This document shows positions 1 to 11,183 of a stretch of DNA of 64,000 nt, piece by piece. The stretch spans positions 5,732 to 69,731 of the forward strand of contig CAMDRO010000004.1 in NCBI GenBank assembly GCA_945906795.1. The letters run 5' to 3'. Under the pieces are notes generated by a model. The model saw nothing but the letters and a program-made list of their open reading frames with translations, did not search any database and was not told the origin of the DNA. Made by a program: the position numbers and the translations under genes. Within the stretch, counting starts at the first letter, position 1, and the number at the start of each line of letters is the position of its first letter. Source of the DNA: Spirosoma fluviale. GTDB lineage: Bacteria > Bacteroidota > Bacteroidia > Cytophagales > Spirosomataceae.

Positions 1-2031
1 GGATGGTACATGTGTTCCTCCACAAAGTTCGACTGAAAAGTTTTTATCAAAAGTGATGACGCGGACAAAATCACCATATTTTTCGCCAAATAATGCCATG
101 GCTCCCTTGTCTTTGGCTTGGGCAATGGGTACATTTCTTTCTTCGAGGAGAGGAATATTTTCTGCAATTTTCGCATTAACAATGGCTTCGATTTGTTTGA
201 TTTCTTCCTCACTTACTTTCTGAAAATGCGAAAAATCGAATCTTAATATATCTTCATTGACCAAACTTCCTTTTTGGCCTACATGCTTGCCTAAAATTTC
301 CTGCAGAGCCGCTTGTAATAAATGAGTCGAGCTATGGTTTTGCGTGATAACCCTACGTCGGCTTACCTCTATTTCCGCGGATAAATCTTCCTGAAAGAAT
401 TTTTCTATCGCCGAATCAAAAACTAAATGAACAATTAAATCATTCTCTTTTTTGGTATCAATGACTTGAATTTTGACTCCTGATGAAAAATATAAATAGC
501 CTGAATCGCCTACTTGTCCTCCTGATTCAGCATAAAATGGAGTATTTTCTAGGACTACTTTATATTGTGAACCCGATTTGTTTTGAATTTTTTGATACTT
601 TAAAATTCGTGTTCTGACTTTTGTTTCATCATAGCCCACAAACGATACTTCATCTCCCTCATGCACAAATACCCAATCTTCTGCACTGGCTCCCGCATCT
701 TTCCTAGATCTCAATTTTTGGGCTTGCAGCGCTTGATTATAGCCAACTTCATCGATGTCCATTCCATTTTCACGGGCAATCAGCGCCGTCAAATCGATAG
801 GAAATCCATATGTGTCGTTTAATTCAAAGACCTCTTCTCCACTTAAAATTTCAATTTTATTCGTTTTAGCCTTTTCCATTAGATTATCCAATCGGATGAG
901 CCCTGAAGACAAGGTTCTTAAAAATGACAATTCTTCCTCATAAATGACTTTAGCAACAAAAGCTTCTTGGCCAATTAATTCGTCAAAAACCCCTTTAAAT
1001 TGTTGGGCTAACGAAGGAATTAACAAATACAAAAAGGGCTCTTTAAAATTCAAATACGTATAGCCATATCGTACTGCCCGACGTAAAATACGCCTAATGA
1101 CGTAACCAGCCTTTGTATTGGAGGGTAGTTGGCCATCCGCAATACAAAATGCAATCGCTCTAATGTGATCAGCAATGACGCGCATGGCGATATCGGGCCA
1201 TTTGGACTCCCCATATTTTTGACCAAATTTCGCTGAAAGAATTTGAATAGTGCCTTGAAAAACATCGGTATCGTAATTGGATTGTTTGCCTTGAATGGCC
1301 ATGCATAGGCGTTCAAAACCCATACCAGTATCCACATGCTTCGATGGGAGAGCCACGAGTGAACCATCCGCCATTCTTTCGAATTGCATAAATACATTGT
1401 TCCAAATTTCAACTACTTGAGGGTGATCGGCATTGACTAATGTTTTACCCGAAATTCTGTCTACCTCATCTTGATTTCGTAAATCAATGTGTATTTCTGA
1501 ACAAGGTCCACAGGGTCCTGTTTCCCCCATTTCCCAAAAATTATCTTTTTTATTTCCAAAGATAATTCGGTCTTCTCCCACGATATTTTTCCAAAGATCA
1601 AATGCTTCCTGATCGAAAGGCACGCCATCTTTTTTATCTCCTTCAAAAACGGATACGTAAATTCGATCTTTGGGTAATTTAAAAACCTCTGTTAATAGCT
1701 CCCAAGACCAGGTTAATGCTTCTTTTTTAAAATAATCACCAAAAGACCAATTGCCTAACATTTCAAACATCGTATGGTGGTAGGTATCAAAACCTACATC
1801 TTCCAGGTCATTATGCTTACCCGAGACCCGAAGACATTTTTGAGTATCTGCAATTCTTTTGGCTGGTGGAGTTCCGTTTCCTAGGAAAAAATCCTTGAAT
1901 TGAGCCATACCGGAGTTATTAAATAACAGAGTAGGATCGTTCTTTGCTATTAATGGAGCCGATGGGACAATCAAGTGTCCTTTTGAAGCAAAAAAATCTA
2001 AAAATTGTTGGCGGATCTCAGTTGAGGTCAT
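1..2031 (-). CDS. alaS: Alanine--tRNA ligase, N-terminal 677 codons; C-terminus lies beyond the window start
   Basis: An uninterrupted minus-strand frame runs from ATG at 2031 to position 1. My own translation gives [19 protein letters not shown]..., [28 protein letters not shown] and [10 protein letters not shown] at the window edge, all AlaRS signatures. It is absent from the ORF track because it has no stop in the window. Confidence 0.95.
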   Translation of the reverse strand, partial: MTSTEIRQQFLDFFASKGHLIVPSAPLIAKNDPTLLFNNSGMAQFKDFFLGNGTPPAKRIADTQKCLRVSGKHNDLEDVGFDTYHHTMFEMLGNWSFGDYFKKEALTWSWELLTEVFKLPKDRIYVSVFEGDKKDGVPFDQEAFDLWKNIVGEDRIIFGNKKDNFWEMGETGPCGPCSEIHIDLRNQDEVDRISGKTLVNADHPQVVEIWNNVFMQFERMADGSLVALPSKHVDTGMGFERLCMAIQGKQSNYDTDVFQGTIQILSAKFGQKYGESKWPDIAMRVIADHIRAIAFCIADGQLPSNTKAGYVIRRILRRAVRYGYTYLNFKEPFLYLLIPSLAQQFKGVFDELIGQEAFVAKVIYEEELSFLRTLSSGLIRLDNLMEKAKTNKIEILSGEEVFELNDTYGFPIDLTALIARENGMDIDEVGYNQALQAQKLRSRKDAGASAEDWVFVHEGDEVSFVGYDETKVRTRILKYQKIQNKSGSQYKVVLENTPFYAESGGQVGDSGYLYFSSGVKIQVIDTKKENDLIVHLVFDSAIEKFFQEDLSAEIEVSRRRVITQNHSSTHLLQAALQEILGKHVGQKGSLVNEDILRFDFSHFQKVSEEEIKQIEAIVNAKIAENIPLLEERNVPIAQAKDKGAMALFGEKYGDFVRVITFDKNFSVELCGGTHVPS

Positions 2032-2075
2032 TGCTTTTATTTTGTAAATTAATGGGTATTTTAATTGTACCTGTT

Positions 2076-2083
2076 TACTTTTG
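2076..2083 (+). promoter_or_regulatory. Candidate Bacteroidota -7 box (TACTTTTG) for the MerR-like/dprA unit
   Basis: The sequence matches TAnnTTTG 78 nt upstream of ATG 2161. A second box for alaS on the opposite strand (CAAAATTA at 2097..2104, i.e. TAATTTTG) lies in the same 129-bp divergent gap. Confidence 0.3.
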
Positions 2084-2160
2084 TTGACAGGATTTGCAAA
2101 ATTAGTTTTTTTTATTCGAATTAATGAATTACCTGTTGCAAGCTTTCTCTATTTTACGCT

Positions 2161-2484
2161 ATGGAATACGAAAAACTTTATTATTCTATTTCTGAAGTTG
2201 CAGACCGATTTAAACTCAACACCTCTAAATTAAGGTATTGGGAATCTCAATTTCCACATCTTCTACCTAAACGTAAATCGACGGGAGCAAGAAAGTATAC
2301 GGCTGTGGACATTCAAAAAATTGAAGTTCTGTTTGATTTAATTGAGGTAAAAGGAATGACTTTAGAGGGCGCTAAACAAGCACTAAATAGCAAAGGAAAT
2401 CCTATAAATCCCAACCAAGTGGTAATTAATCAGCTAACTGATATTCGTAATTTTTTAAAGTCTTTTTCCGATCAATTGGAATAA
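2161..2484 (+). CDS. MerR-family helix-turn-helix transcriptional regulator (small, 107 aa)
   Basis: The N-terminal HTH YSISEVADRFKLNTSKLRYWESQF...ARKYTAVDIQKI is typical of MerR-type DNA-binding domains. No effector domain is evident. Confidence 0.7.
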   Translation: MEYEKLYYSISEVADRFKLNTSKLRYWESQFPHLLPKRKSTGARKYTAVDIQKIEVLFDLIEVKGMTLEGAKQALNSKGNPINPNQVVINQLTDIRNFLKSFSDQLE

Positions 2485-2516
2485 AAAGATTGTAGATTGA
2501 GGCATAATTCACCCAT

Positions 2517-3626
2517 ATGCCTACCACTGACGAAGAGAAAATTTACCAAATTGCCTTATCTATTATTCCCCAAATAGGTGTCATTCATGCCAGAAGACTC
2601 ATGTCTTATTTGGGAACAGCCAGGGATATTTTCCAATCGACTCGATCTCAATTATTGAAAATTCCTCGCATAGGCCCTGTTTTATCTGCCGCTATTCATC
2701 AATCAGGTTTAGTTAGTCAGGCCGAGTCTATATGGTTGGACTGCCAACGAGAACACACAAAAATATTATTTTACACCGATCTTGAATTCCCTAATCGGCT
2801 AAAACAAATTTTCGATTCCCCGATTGTTTTATATTGGAAAGGAAACCATGATTTAAATACTGAAAAAATCTTGGCCGTTGTGGGCACTCGAAAGGCGACT
2901 GAATATGGGAAACGAGTGACATCTGATTTAGTCAAAGATTCGATTGGGCAAGGGATTACTTTTGTGAGTGGCTTAGCTTATGGGATTGATATTGCTTTGC
3001 ACCTGGCTTGCCTTAAAGCTAAAATTAATACGGTGGCTGTTTTAGCGGGTGGTTTTAATTGGATTTATCCAAACTCACATCAAAAATATGTGGATGAGAT
3101 CATTGAAATTGGGGGTATTTTATCTGAATATCCTATACGTCAAAAGCCGGATGCACGTTTTTTCCCTTTACGTAATCGAATTATTGCTGGTATGTCTGAT
3201 GCTACTTTGGTGGTTGAAGCAGCGGAAAGGGGGGGTGCGTTAATTACAGCAGATTATGCAAATAATTACAATAGGGAAGTATTTGCGGTACCTGGAAATC
3301 TTGATAAATTATTTTCTGAGGGCTGCAATCTGTTGATTCAAAAGCATAAAGCTAATATTTATACCGATTGGAATCACTTATGTGCGCACCTGAACTGGCG
3401 ATTAAGTGGGGACATCATTCATCGGAATAAAAATTTACAATGGAATCGATACACGGCTGAAGAATCAGAAGTACTTTCTTTGATACACAAAAAAGGTGAA
3501 ATTCCTTTAGATGAAATTGCTTGGCAATTGCAAAAAAATATGGGCCAATTGGCTACTATCTTATTAAACTTAGAATTTCAGGGTATTTTAAAAGCACTTC
3601 CTGGACATCGCTATGTGATCAAATGA
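2517..3626 (+). CDS. dprA: DNA-processing protein DprA (Smf)
   Basis: Rossmann-like DprA core motifs are present: VVGTRKATEYG, FVSGLAYGIDIALH, FPLRNRIIAGMSDATLVVEAAERGGALITA and VFAVPG. A C-terminal winged-helix-like tail follows. Confidence 0.9.
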   Translation: MPTTDEEKIYQIALSIIPQIGVIHARRLMSYLGTARDIFQSTRSQLLKIPRIGPVLSAAIHQSGLVSQAESIWLDCQREHTKILFYTDLEFPNRLKQIFDSPIVLYWKGNHDLNTEKILAVVGTRKATEYGKRVTSDLVKDSIGQGITFVSGLAYGIDIALHLACLKAKINTVAVLAGGFNWIYPNSHQKYVDEIIEIGGILSEYPIRQKPDARFFPLRNRIIAGMSDATLVVEAAERGGALITADYANNYNREVFAVPGNLDKLFSEGCNLLIQKHKANIYTDWNHLCAHLNWRLSGDIIHRNKNLQWNRYTAEESEVLSLIHKKGEIPLDEIAWQLQKNMGQLATILLNLEFQGILKALPGHRYVIK

Positions 3627-3627
3627 A

Positions 3628-4266
3628 TTATTTTCTCCATTCACTGGGATTTAATCTCCAATCTTGTAAAGTAACCAATTGAGAATCTGAAATGTAGTTT
3701 AGTTTGACGGCTTCGTCGATGAGAACATCATAATTGCTTAATGCGTAGAAAGGGATATTGGCATTTTTAAAATTCTGAACAGAAATCTCAAAACCATAGG
3801 TGAAAATAGCGGCCATCCCTAAAACTTTTGCTCCAGCATTTACAAGGCCTTCTGCCGCTTTTAGTGAACTTCCTCCTGTGGAGATTAAATCTTCGATTAA
3901 AACTACTTTTTGGCCTGGCTGTATAGACCCTTCAATTTGATTTCCCATGCCATGTTTTTTAGGCTCTGGCCTAACATAACAAAAGGGTAAGTCTAAATAA
4001 TCGGCCACTAAGGCGCCTTGAGCAATGCCGGCGGTCGCTACTCCTGCGATGATGTCGACATCAGAAAAGTAGGCTTTAACCACTGCTGATAGGCTATTTT
4101 TAATATAGGTTCTAGCTTCTGGGAATGAAAGAGAAATACGATTATCACAATAAATAGGTGAATACCAGCCTGATGCCCAAGTAAATGGCTCATCGGGTCT
4201 AAGTTGAATGGCTTTGATCTGTAATAAATGCTGGGCTACTTCTTGTTGAATACTTAAATTCTCCAT
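3628..4266 (-). CDS. pyrE: Orotate phosphoribosyltransferase
   Basis: The PRPP-binding loop VVLIEDLISTGGSSLKAAE is present and the type I PRTase layout fits. The track ORF starts at GTG 4293. ATG 4266 (MENLSIQQEV...) is the more plausible start. Confidence 0.9.
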   Translation of the reverse strand: MENLSIQQEVAQHLLQIKAIQLRPDEPFTWASGWYSPIYCDNRISLSFPEARTYIKNSLSAVVKAYFSDVDIIAGVATAGIAQGALVADYLDLPFCYVRPEPKKHGMGNQIEGSIQPGQKVVLIEDLISTGGSSLKAAEGLVNAGAKVLGMAAIFTYGFEISVQNFKNANIPFYALSNYDVLIDEAVKLNYISDSQLVTLQDWRLNPSEWRK

Positions 4267-4365
4267 AAATTTTTTTCTATTTTTCTTTCCCACAAAAATA
4301 CTTTTTTCAGTTCATCTTTCATTATTTAATTCTAATTTTGATAAAATTAATTGAGATAATTACGC

Positions 4366-5061
4366 ATGATAATTTTCATTGACGATCGCCCAATTCGAAT
4401 AAGTAATCTTTCTAAAAAAAATGATCTGCCTTTGAAAGAAGATTATGATTTAATTATTGACGCTCGATTAAAGCCCATCAAGATTAAAGAATTTAAGGGA
4501 CATACCTGTTTGCTTAATGTTTCCTTGGACCAAATGGGGAAAATCATTGAAGATTTACATCAATTTAAATTGGATTTCCATTCCTTGTATATTTTAGTAG
4601 AAGATAAAAAAGCATTCAAACAAAAAATTATCAGCCTATATTCTTTAATTGAAGCCGCAGGAGGAGTTGTGCGCAATGACGAAAATAAATTATTGTGGAT
4701 TTATAGGTTAGGGAAATGGGATCTTCCCAAAGGTAAATTGGAGAAAAATGAATCTTTCAAAGTAGCAGCTAAAAGAGAAGTGGAAGAAGAATGTAATGTG
4801 CAGGCCAACTTGGAATTTAAATTATGTACGACTTACCACACCTATACACATAAGAACCAGCGTGTTATGAAAAGGACAAAGTGGTATATGATGCATACTA
4901 ATCAAAACCATGAGTTAGTGCCTCAAATAGAAGAAAATATAGAAAAGGTGGAATGGTTAAGTCCATCCGAAATGAATAAAATGGCACTCTCTAATACCTA
5001 TAGCTCTATTAGGTATGTTTTTCAGCGTTTTTCAATTCTTCAAATACCATTTAAATCGTAA
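4366..5061 (+). CDS. NUDIX hydrolase with ~100-aa N-terminal extension
   Basis: The Nudix box GKWDLPKGKLEKNESFKVAAKREVEEECNV fits GX5EX7REUXEEXGU. Confidence 0.8.
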   Translation: MIIFIDDRPIRISNLSKKNDLPLKEDYDLIIDARLKPIKIKEFKGHTCLLNVSLDQMGKIIEDLHQFKLDFHSLYILVEDKKAFKQKIISLYSLIEAAGGVVRNDENKLLWIYRLGKWDLPKGKLEKNESFKVAAKREVEEECNVQANLEFKLCTTYHTYTHKNQRVMKRTKWYMMHTNQNHELVPQIEENIEKVEWLSPSEMNKMALSNTYSSIRYVFQRFSILQIPFKS

Positions 5062-5504
5062 GGTAAATAATCATCTATTTTACTTCCATACCGATGTAAG
5101 TCCCGAATGATTGTGGACGATATAGGAGCTAAATGGGGAGATGTAATTAGAAATACCGTTTCTAATTCGGGATTGATATGTCGATTTACTTGAGAAATAG
5201 AGTTTTCATATTCAAAATCAGTCGTATTTCTTAAACCTCTAATGATGAATTTAGCACCCACTTCCTTAGCTACGTTAGCGGTAAGATCTTGATAAGTAAC
5301 GACTCTTACAGGTTTTCCTTGAAATGTTTGTTCTATATACCCCTTCATTTTATCTAAAGAGAAGTAACGGGCTTTGTTCGAATTCTGACCGATTCCAATA
5401 ATTATTTCGTCAAATAAAGGTAAAGCACGTAAAACTATATCCTGATGCCCTTTAGTGAAAGGATCAAAGGAGCCAGGAAAAAAAGCATTTTTATTATTTG
5501 CCAT
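5040..5504 (-). CDS. coaD: Phosphopantetheine adenylyltransferase
   Basis: FPGSFDPFTKGHQDIV is the (T/H)xGH nucleotidyltransferase motif. ISSTIIRD is present and the 154-aa length fits. Confidence 0.92.
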   Translation of the reverse strand: MANNKNAFFPGSFDPFTKGHQDIVLRALPLFDEIIIGIGQNSNKARYFSLDKMKGYIEQTFQGKPVRVVTYQDLTANVAKEVGAKFIIRGLRNTTDFEYENSISQVNRHINPELETVFLITSPHLAPISSTIIRDLHRYGSKIDDYLPYDLNGI

Positions 5505-5506
5505 AA

Positions 5507-6196
5507 TTAAATGAGGATGTTGTATTGTGCTAATGATTGAATCGTGGCATCACTTTCAGCCCCGTAACTATGAATATTAACTGTTTCGCGAGTTAACAAA
5601 ACGTCAAATGAATCTCGGATGGAATGTAAATAAAAGGCTAACTCTAGAGATGATTGATGCATGAATACATTGGCCAACTGTAATTTCCCTTGATAAAACA
5701 ACGACATAAATGCATATTTACCTTGTAAATATAGATGTAATTGGGTCGCGTTTTTGCTTTTTACTTGCTTGTTTTCAGCGAGTAACTCGCCTAAAATATG
5801 TCGGTAATGTATCTTGGCTAGCGGAAAAAGGGATGAGGCAAAATCTTTCCATTCACTCGGAATTAAAAAGGTAAGGTTTGATTCAATCCAATGTACAGGC
5901 TGCTCGTGTAACTCTTTTCCATGCAACGCATCTTGACCCAATGCTTTTTCTAAAAAACCAATTCGATATAGTTGGGTGTCATATTCTTGAGGAATCAATA
6001 GGAAATCAGAATGTAGAATTTCAATGGTTAATACGTTGACGAGATGTCTTTCAGTTTTTAATTTAGACCACAGGGCTAATTCCTTTTTTTTAATCTTATC
6101 CCACGTGATTATTTCGATCTCTTGACTGGCTTCACTTTGCACATGAACCCCGAGCTCACTAAACTGTAAAAAAACATGTGAATTGTCAACGTTCAT
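5507..6196 (-). CDS. Conserved hypothetical protein (possibly DUF3822-like)
   Basis: This 229-aa ORF sits 2 nt upstream of coaD on the same strand. It has no catalytic motif that I recognise. The family assignment comes from memory of Bacteroidota coaD/rsmD neighbourhoods only. Confidence 0.4.
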   Translation of the reverse strand: MNVDNSHVFLQFSELGVHVQSEASQEIEIITWDKIKKKELALWSKLKTERHLVNVLTIEILHSDFLLIPQEYDTQLYRIGFLEKALGQDALHGKELHEQPVHWIESNLTFLIPSEWKDFASSLFPLAKIHYRHILGELLAENKQVKSKNATQLHLYLQGKYAFMSLFYQGKLQLANVFMHQSSLELAFYLHSIRDSFDVLLTRETVNIHSYGAESDATIQSLAQYNILI

Positions 6197-6327
6197 TTAA
6201 GGTTCTTTTGAAATTTCCTCCAACGGGAATTGTCCATAAGGTCGAAATAACAAAAAAAATATGGGAAAGGAATGAAAATTAAGATTTTTTTCTAGGTTCA
6301 AAATGAGTAATTTTGCGCCTTATTTAA

Positions 6328-7950
<1,623 letters not shown>

Positions 7951-7993
7951 TTTCTTGTTCCTTGAGTAAAAAAATAAATACATCATAAAATTT

Positions 7994-8026
7994 AAAAGCC
8001 TATAAAATTAATTATAGGCTTTTTTT
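7994..8026. terminator. Bidirectional rho-independent terminator between the ABC-F gene and the aldehyde dehydrogenase gene
   Basis: A perfect 12-bp stem is formed by aaaagcctataa (7994..8005) and ttataggctttt (8012..8023). A/T runs flank both sides. Confidence 0.6.
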
Positions 8027-8074
8027 ATGCATCGACTCAATTATCAATAATATTTGACACGCGTCACAATAATT

Positions 8075-9697
8075 CTACAAAATAAATCGAGTGGATAAGA
8101 AATTAGATTGTTGGTTTTCAACAATTTGATTAACTAAATCTTTATTCAATTGGTTTGCTTTTGTGGCCACAACGGTCCTGATCGAAAAGGATCTAAGCGC
8201 TGCAGTTACCGACAATGTTCCCTCAGCAGAATCTTTTCTTCCTGTGAATGGGAATGAATCGGGTCCTCTTTGGCATTGAGCATTAATGTTTACTCTTGAA
8301 ACTTGGTTGACCGTTTCGTCAATCAACTCGGAAATTTGATTGACATCCGTCCCAAAAATGGCTACTTGTTGTCCATGAGATGACTCATGAAGGTAGTCAA
8401 TCGGAGTACTTAAATCTTCAAATGGAACCACAGGAACCACGGGTCCAAATTGCTCTTCATGCCACACTTTCATCTTTGAATTCACTGGATAAAGTAGGGC
8501 TGGGAAAAATATAGATTTGAAGTTTTCACCTCCGTGCGGATTTATAACAGATGCTCCATGCAATTTAGCATCTTCAATTAATTCTTTCAAGTAAGCTGGT
8601 TTGTTGGGTTCTGGCAAGGGAGTAATTTGAACACCTGGATCCCACATCATGCCTACTTTTAGGCTTTCAATTTTTTCTGCTAAGCCTTTGTTAAATGCTT
8701 CTGCCAACGATTTGTGGACAAATATGATTTTAATGGCTGTACATCTTTGGCCATTAAAAGAAAGCGAACCTAGTAAACATTCATTGATCGCCACGTCCAA
8801 TTGAGCACTTTCGGTTACAATAGCGGCATTTTTAGCATCTAGGCCTAGAATTGCACGCAACCTGTTCACTTTAGGGTGCATTTTCTTTAATTTATCGGCT
8901 ACTTTGGAAGAACCGATTAAGGTTAACACATCAATTTTTCCAGACTCCATTAATTGTGGAATGATGGAATTTCCCCTTCCATAAAGTGTATTGATCACAC
9001 CGGGAGGGAAAGAGTCTTTAAATGCTTCTAATAATGGATAATGTAATAAAGTACCATGCTTAGGTGGTTTGAATAACACGGTATTTCCCATAATTAATGC
9101 TGGGATTAACGTGGTAAAGGTTTCATTTAATGGATAATTAAATGGTCCCATGCATAAAACAACCCCTAAAGGCGATCTTCTTACTTGGCCTATAATGCCT
9201 TCTTCAATTAAAAATGTAGATGAAGTCCTATCGATATCTTTTAGAGCACTAATAGTGTCATACATGTATTGAACGGTTCTGTCAAATTCTTTTTGAGAAT
9301 CAGTCAATGATTTTCCGATTTCCCACATCAGTAGCTTAACCACCTCGCTACGCTTTTGTATCATTTTTTGTGTAAATTTTTCTACACATTCAATTCGTTT
9401 TGAAACAGACATGGAAGGCCATTCTCCTCGGCCATTAGCATACGCTTTTACTCCAGCATATAAAACTTCCATCGCATCAGATGCGTCAGTAATAGGGTAG
9501 GATCCAATTCTTTTTTGCTCAAAACCTTTGTCAGTTTTGATGTAAATAGGGGACCAAACATCTTGAGTTTTTCCAGCCCAAGCACGCATTTCACCGTTGA
9601 CCAAATATTCTTTTTGCTCTAATGGTTCAGTTAAATCAAATTCTGCTGGGATTTGACCTTGATTTGGGAATAATTGTTCTAATTCAATTGCCTTCAT
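8075..9697 (-). CDS. Aldehyde dehydrogenase superfamily protein, non-phosphorylating GAPDH (GapN)-like, 540 aa
   Basis: ALDH motifs are present: FKPPKHGTL, LIGSSKVADKL, catalytic-Cys motif FNGQRCTA and EEQFGPVVPV. See the finding on the atypical ELGGK-equivalent motif. Confidence 0.8.
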   Translation of the reverse strand: MKAIELEQLFPNQGQIPAEFDLTEPLEQKEYLVNGEMRAWAGKTQDVWSPIYIKTDKGFEQKRIGSYPITDASDAMEVLYAGVKAYANGRGEWPSMSVSKRIECVEKFTQKMIQKRSEVVKLLMWEIGKSLTDSQKEFDRTVQYMYDTISALKDIDRTSSTFLIEEGIIGQVRRSPLGVVLCMGPFNYPLNETFTTLIPALIMGNTVLFKPPKHGTLLHYPLLEAFKDSFPPGVINTLYGRGNSIIPQLMESGKIDVLTLIGSSKVADKLKKMHPKVNRLRAILGLDAKNAAIVTESAQLDVAINECLLGSLSFNGQRCTAIKIIFVHKSLAEAFNKGLAEKIESLKVGMMWDPGVQITPLPEPNKPAYLKELIEDAKLHGASVINPHGGENFKSIFFPALLYPVNSKMKVWHEEQFGPVVPVVPFEDLSTPIDYLHESSHGQQVAIFGTDVNQISELIDETVNQVSRVNINAQCQRGPDSFPFTGRKDSAEGTLSVTAALRSFSIRTVVATKANQLNKDLVNQIVENQQSNFLSTRFIL

Positions 9698-9816
9698 TAT
9701 CTTTTAAAATTTATGGATGCAAATGTCAGGGTTTTCTTTAATCGTTGGGATTCACTTGATAAAATATTTATTTAATTTTATTTTTTATACAAATTATAAT
9801 ATAAAATTAATTGTAA

Positions 9817-10008
9817 TTAAGATTTTAAATCTACTTTGATGGGGTATTTGCGTCTTATTTTATTGACTATAAATTTATTTTGTTCGGTAAAGCTTAAGGG
9901 ATGTATTTGATTAAACGTGTTTTCCCAAGACTTGAATAAGTCCGAATCAGAATTTTGAAATAGATTCTTGTCGATTTTTTTTGAAATTAAATATTCTTTA
10001 AAGTTCAT
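9817..10008 (-). CDS. Small hypothetical protein (63 aa), last gene of the queA-ispD-MMPL-MFS operon
   Basis: Its start overlaps the MFS stop by 11 nt. The sequence MNFKEYLISKKID...NKIRRKYP resembles small conserved Bacteroidota proteins I recall, but this is unverified. Confidence 0.4.
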   Translation of the reverse strand: MNFKEYLISKKIDKNLFQNSDSDLFKSWENTFNQIHPLSFTEQNKFIVNKIRRKYPIKVDLKS

Positions 10009-11179
10009 TTTTGAGCCAATTATGTCGGTAATATACTAAAAGTAGGGTTGCAATGACGGCAAATATGCCGGAAAGCAAGAATGGAATTTGAATTTGATGA
10101 GCTAAACCTTTGTAAAATACGCCTGCCATTAAAGCGCCCATGCCGATTCCAGCTTCTAATGCAATATACATCGTTGCCATCGCTCTTCCAATATGGGTCG
10201 GTGTGGCCAAATCTGTTGTCCATGCCGTCAAGGTAGGCGAGTTGAACCCCCAGGAGATTCCAAATAGAATACCTGAAGTAATGACCGTCATTGAACTTAA
10301 TGGAAGTACCATCATAAACATAGCGGCAATTAAGAAAAAGGAAGAAATTAAAAGTACGGGAATTCGCCCATATCGATCAGATGATTTTGCAAAAAAGACT
10401 CGCACGCCAATGGAGGATATCGTGAATATGGTAAAATATAGGCCTTTATTGTGCCAACCGATCATTTTGGAAATGTCCGGAACTAATGTTACAATTACTC
10501 CATATGAAAATGAAACCAAAATCATGATCCAAAAAACGTGAATTATTTTGGGTTCAAATACATCTTTCCAACCAATTTTTAAAAGGGAAATGGTTAATGG
10601 TTTTTTACTTGATTTTGGCAACGTTTCTTTCATGCGCATGAGGATCAATATAGACATCAACGCAAACAAAGAAGAAATCCAAAACATTTCCCTGAGTCCT
10701 AATTCTTTGGCGAAATAACTGCCTATCACCGGTCCTATGGACATACCCGTAGCAGTAAAGATACCTAAGCCCCCTTGTGCCTCGCCTCGTTTCGATTCAG
10801 GAATGATATCGGCTACGTAGGCAGAAGTGGCTGTTGGCTTTGTTCCGGTCGACATCCCATGAATAAATCGCAAAAATAAAAAACCTTGTACCGAATGGAT
10901 TAAAGGGTACAACCCTCCACAAATAAAGCACACAATAGAGCCAAATGCCATGATGGGAATTCTGCCTATGTGATCAGTTAGTTTACCAGAAAATGGTCTG
11001 CTTAATCCTGCGGTTAAAGTAAATAGGGCAATGATGTAACCGATGTATTCTCTTCCGCCTAGACTAGCTAAATAGTCGGGCAATTCAGGAATGATCATGG
11101 AAAAACTGGCACAAAATAAGAAATTACTTAAACAAAGAAGCCCAAATGCTAGTGTATAAATACTTTCCTCTTTTTGCAT
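9998..11179 (-). CDS. MFS transporter (12-TM)
   Basis: The 393-aa protein is hydrophobic throughout. It carries the MFS loop 2-3 motif GKLTDHIGRIPIM and a second-half repeat, SDRYGRIPVL. Confidence 0.85.
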   Translation of the reverse strand: MQKEESIYTLAFGLLCLSNFLFCASFSMIIPELPDYLASLGGREYIGYIIALFTLTAGLSRPFSGKLTDHIGRIPIMAFGSIVCFICGGLYPLIHSVQGFLFLRFIHGMSTGTKPTATSAYVADIIPESKRGEAQGGLGIFTATGMSIGPVIGSYFAKELGLREMFWISSLFALMSILILMRMKETLPKSSKKPLTISLLKIGWKDVFEPKIIHVFWIMILVSFSYGVIVTLVPDISKMIGWHNKGLYFTIFTISSIGVRVFFAKSSDRYGRIPVLLISSFFLIAAMFMMVLPLSSMTVITSGILFGISWGFNSPTLTAWTTDLATPTHIGRAMATMYIALEAGIGMGALMAGVFYKGLAHQIQIPFLLSGIFAVIATLLLVYYRHNWLKNEL

Positions 11180-11183
11180 CGAT

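Noticed and set aside
755-1646. Three ORF-track ORFs (755..943 +, 1050..1412 -, 1461..1646 -) inside the first 2 kb
   Set aside because: All three lie within the uninterrupted alaS reading frame (minus strand, phase set by ATG 2031). They are either antisense or out of frame, and their translations have no recognisable motifs.
10140-10541. 133-aa plus-strand ORF opposite the MFS transporter, and similar ORFs opposite the MMPL gene (11470..13383), queA (14448..15395) and the oxidoreductase (47102..49570)
   Set aside because: These are shadow ORFs opposite well-supported genes. None has independent motif support.
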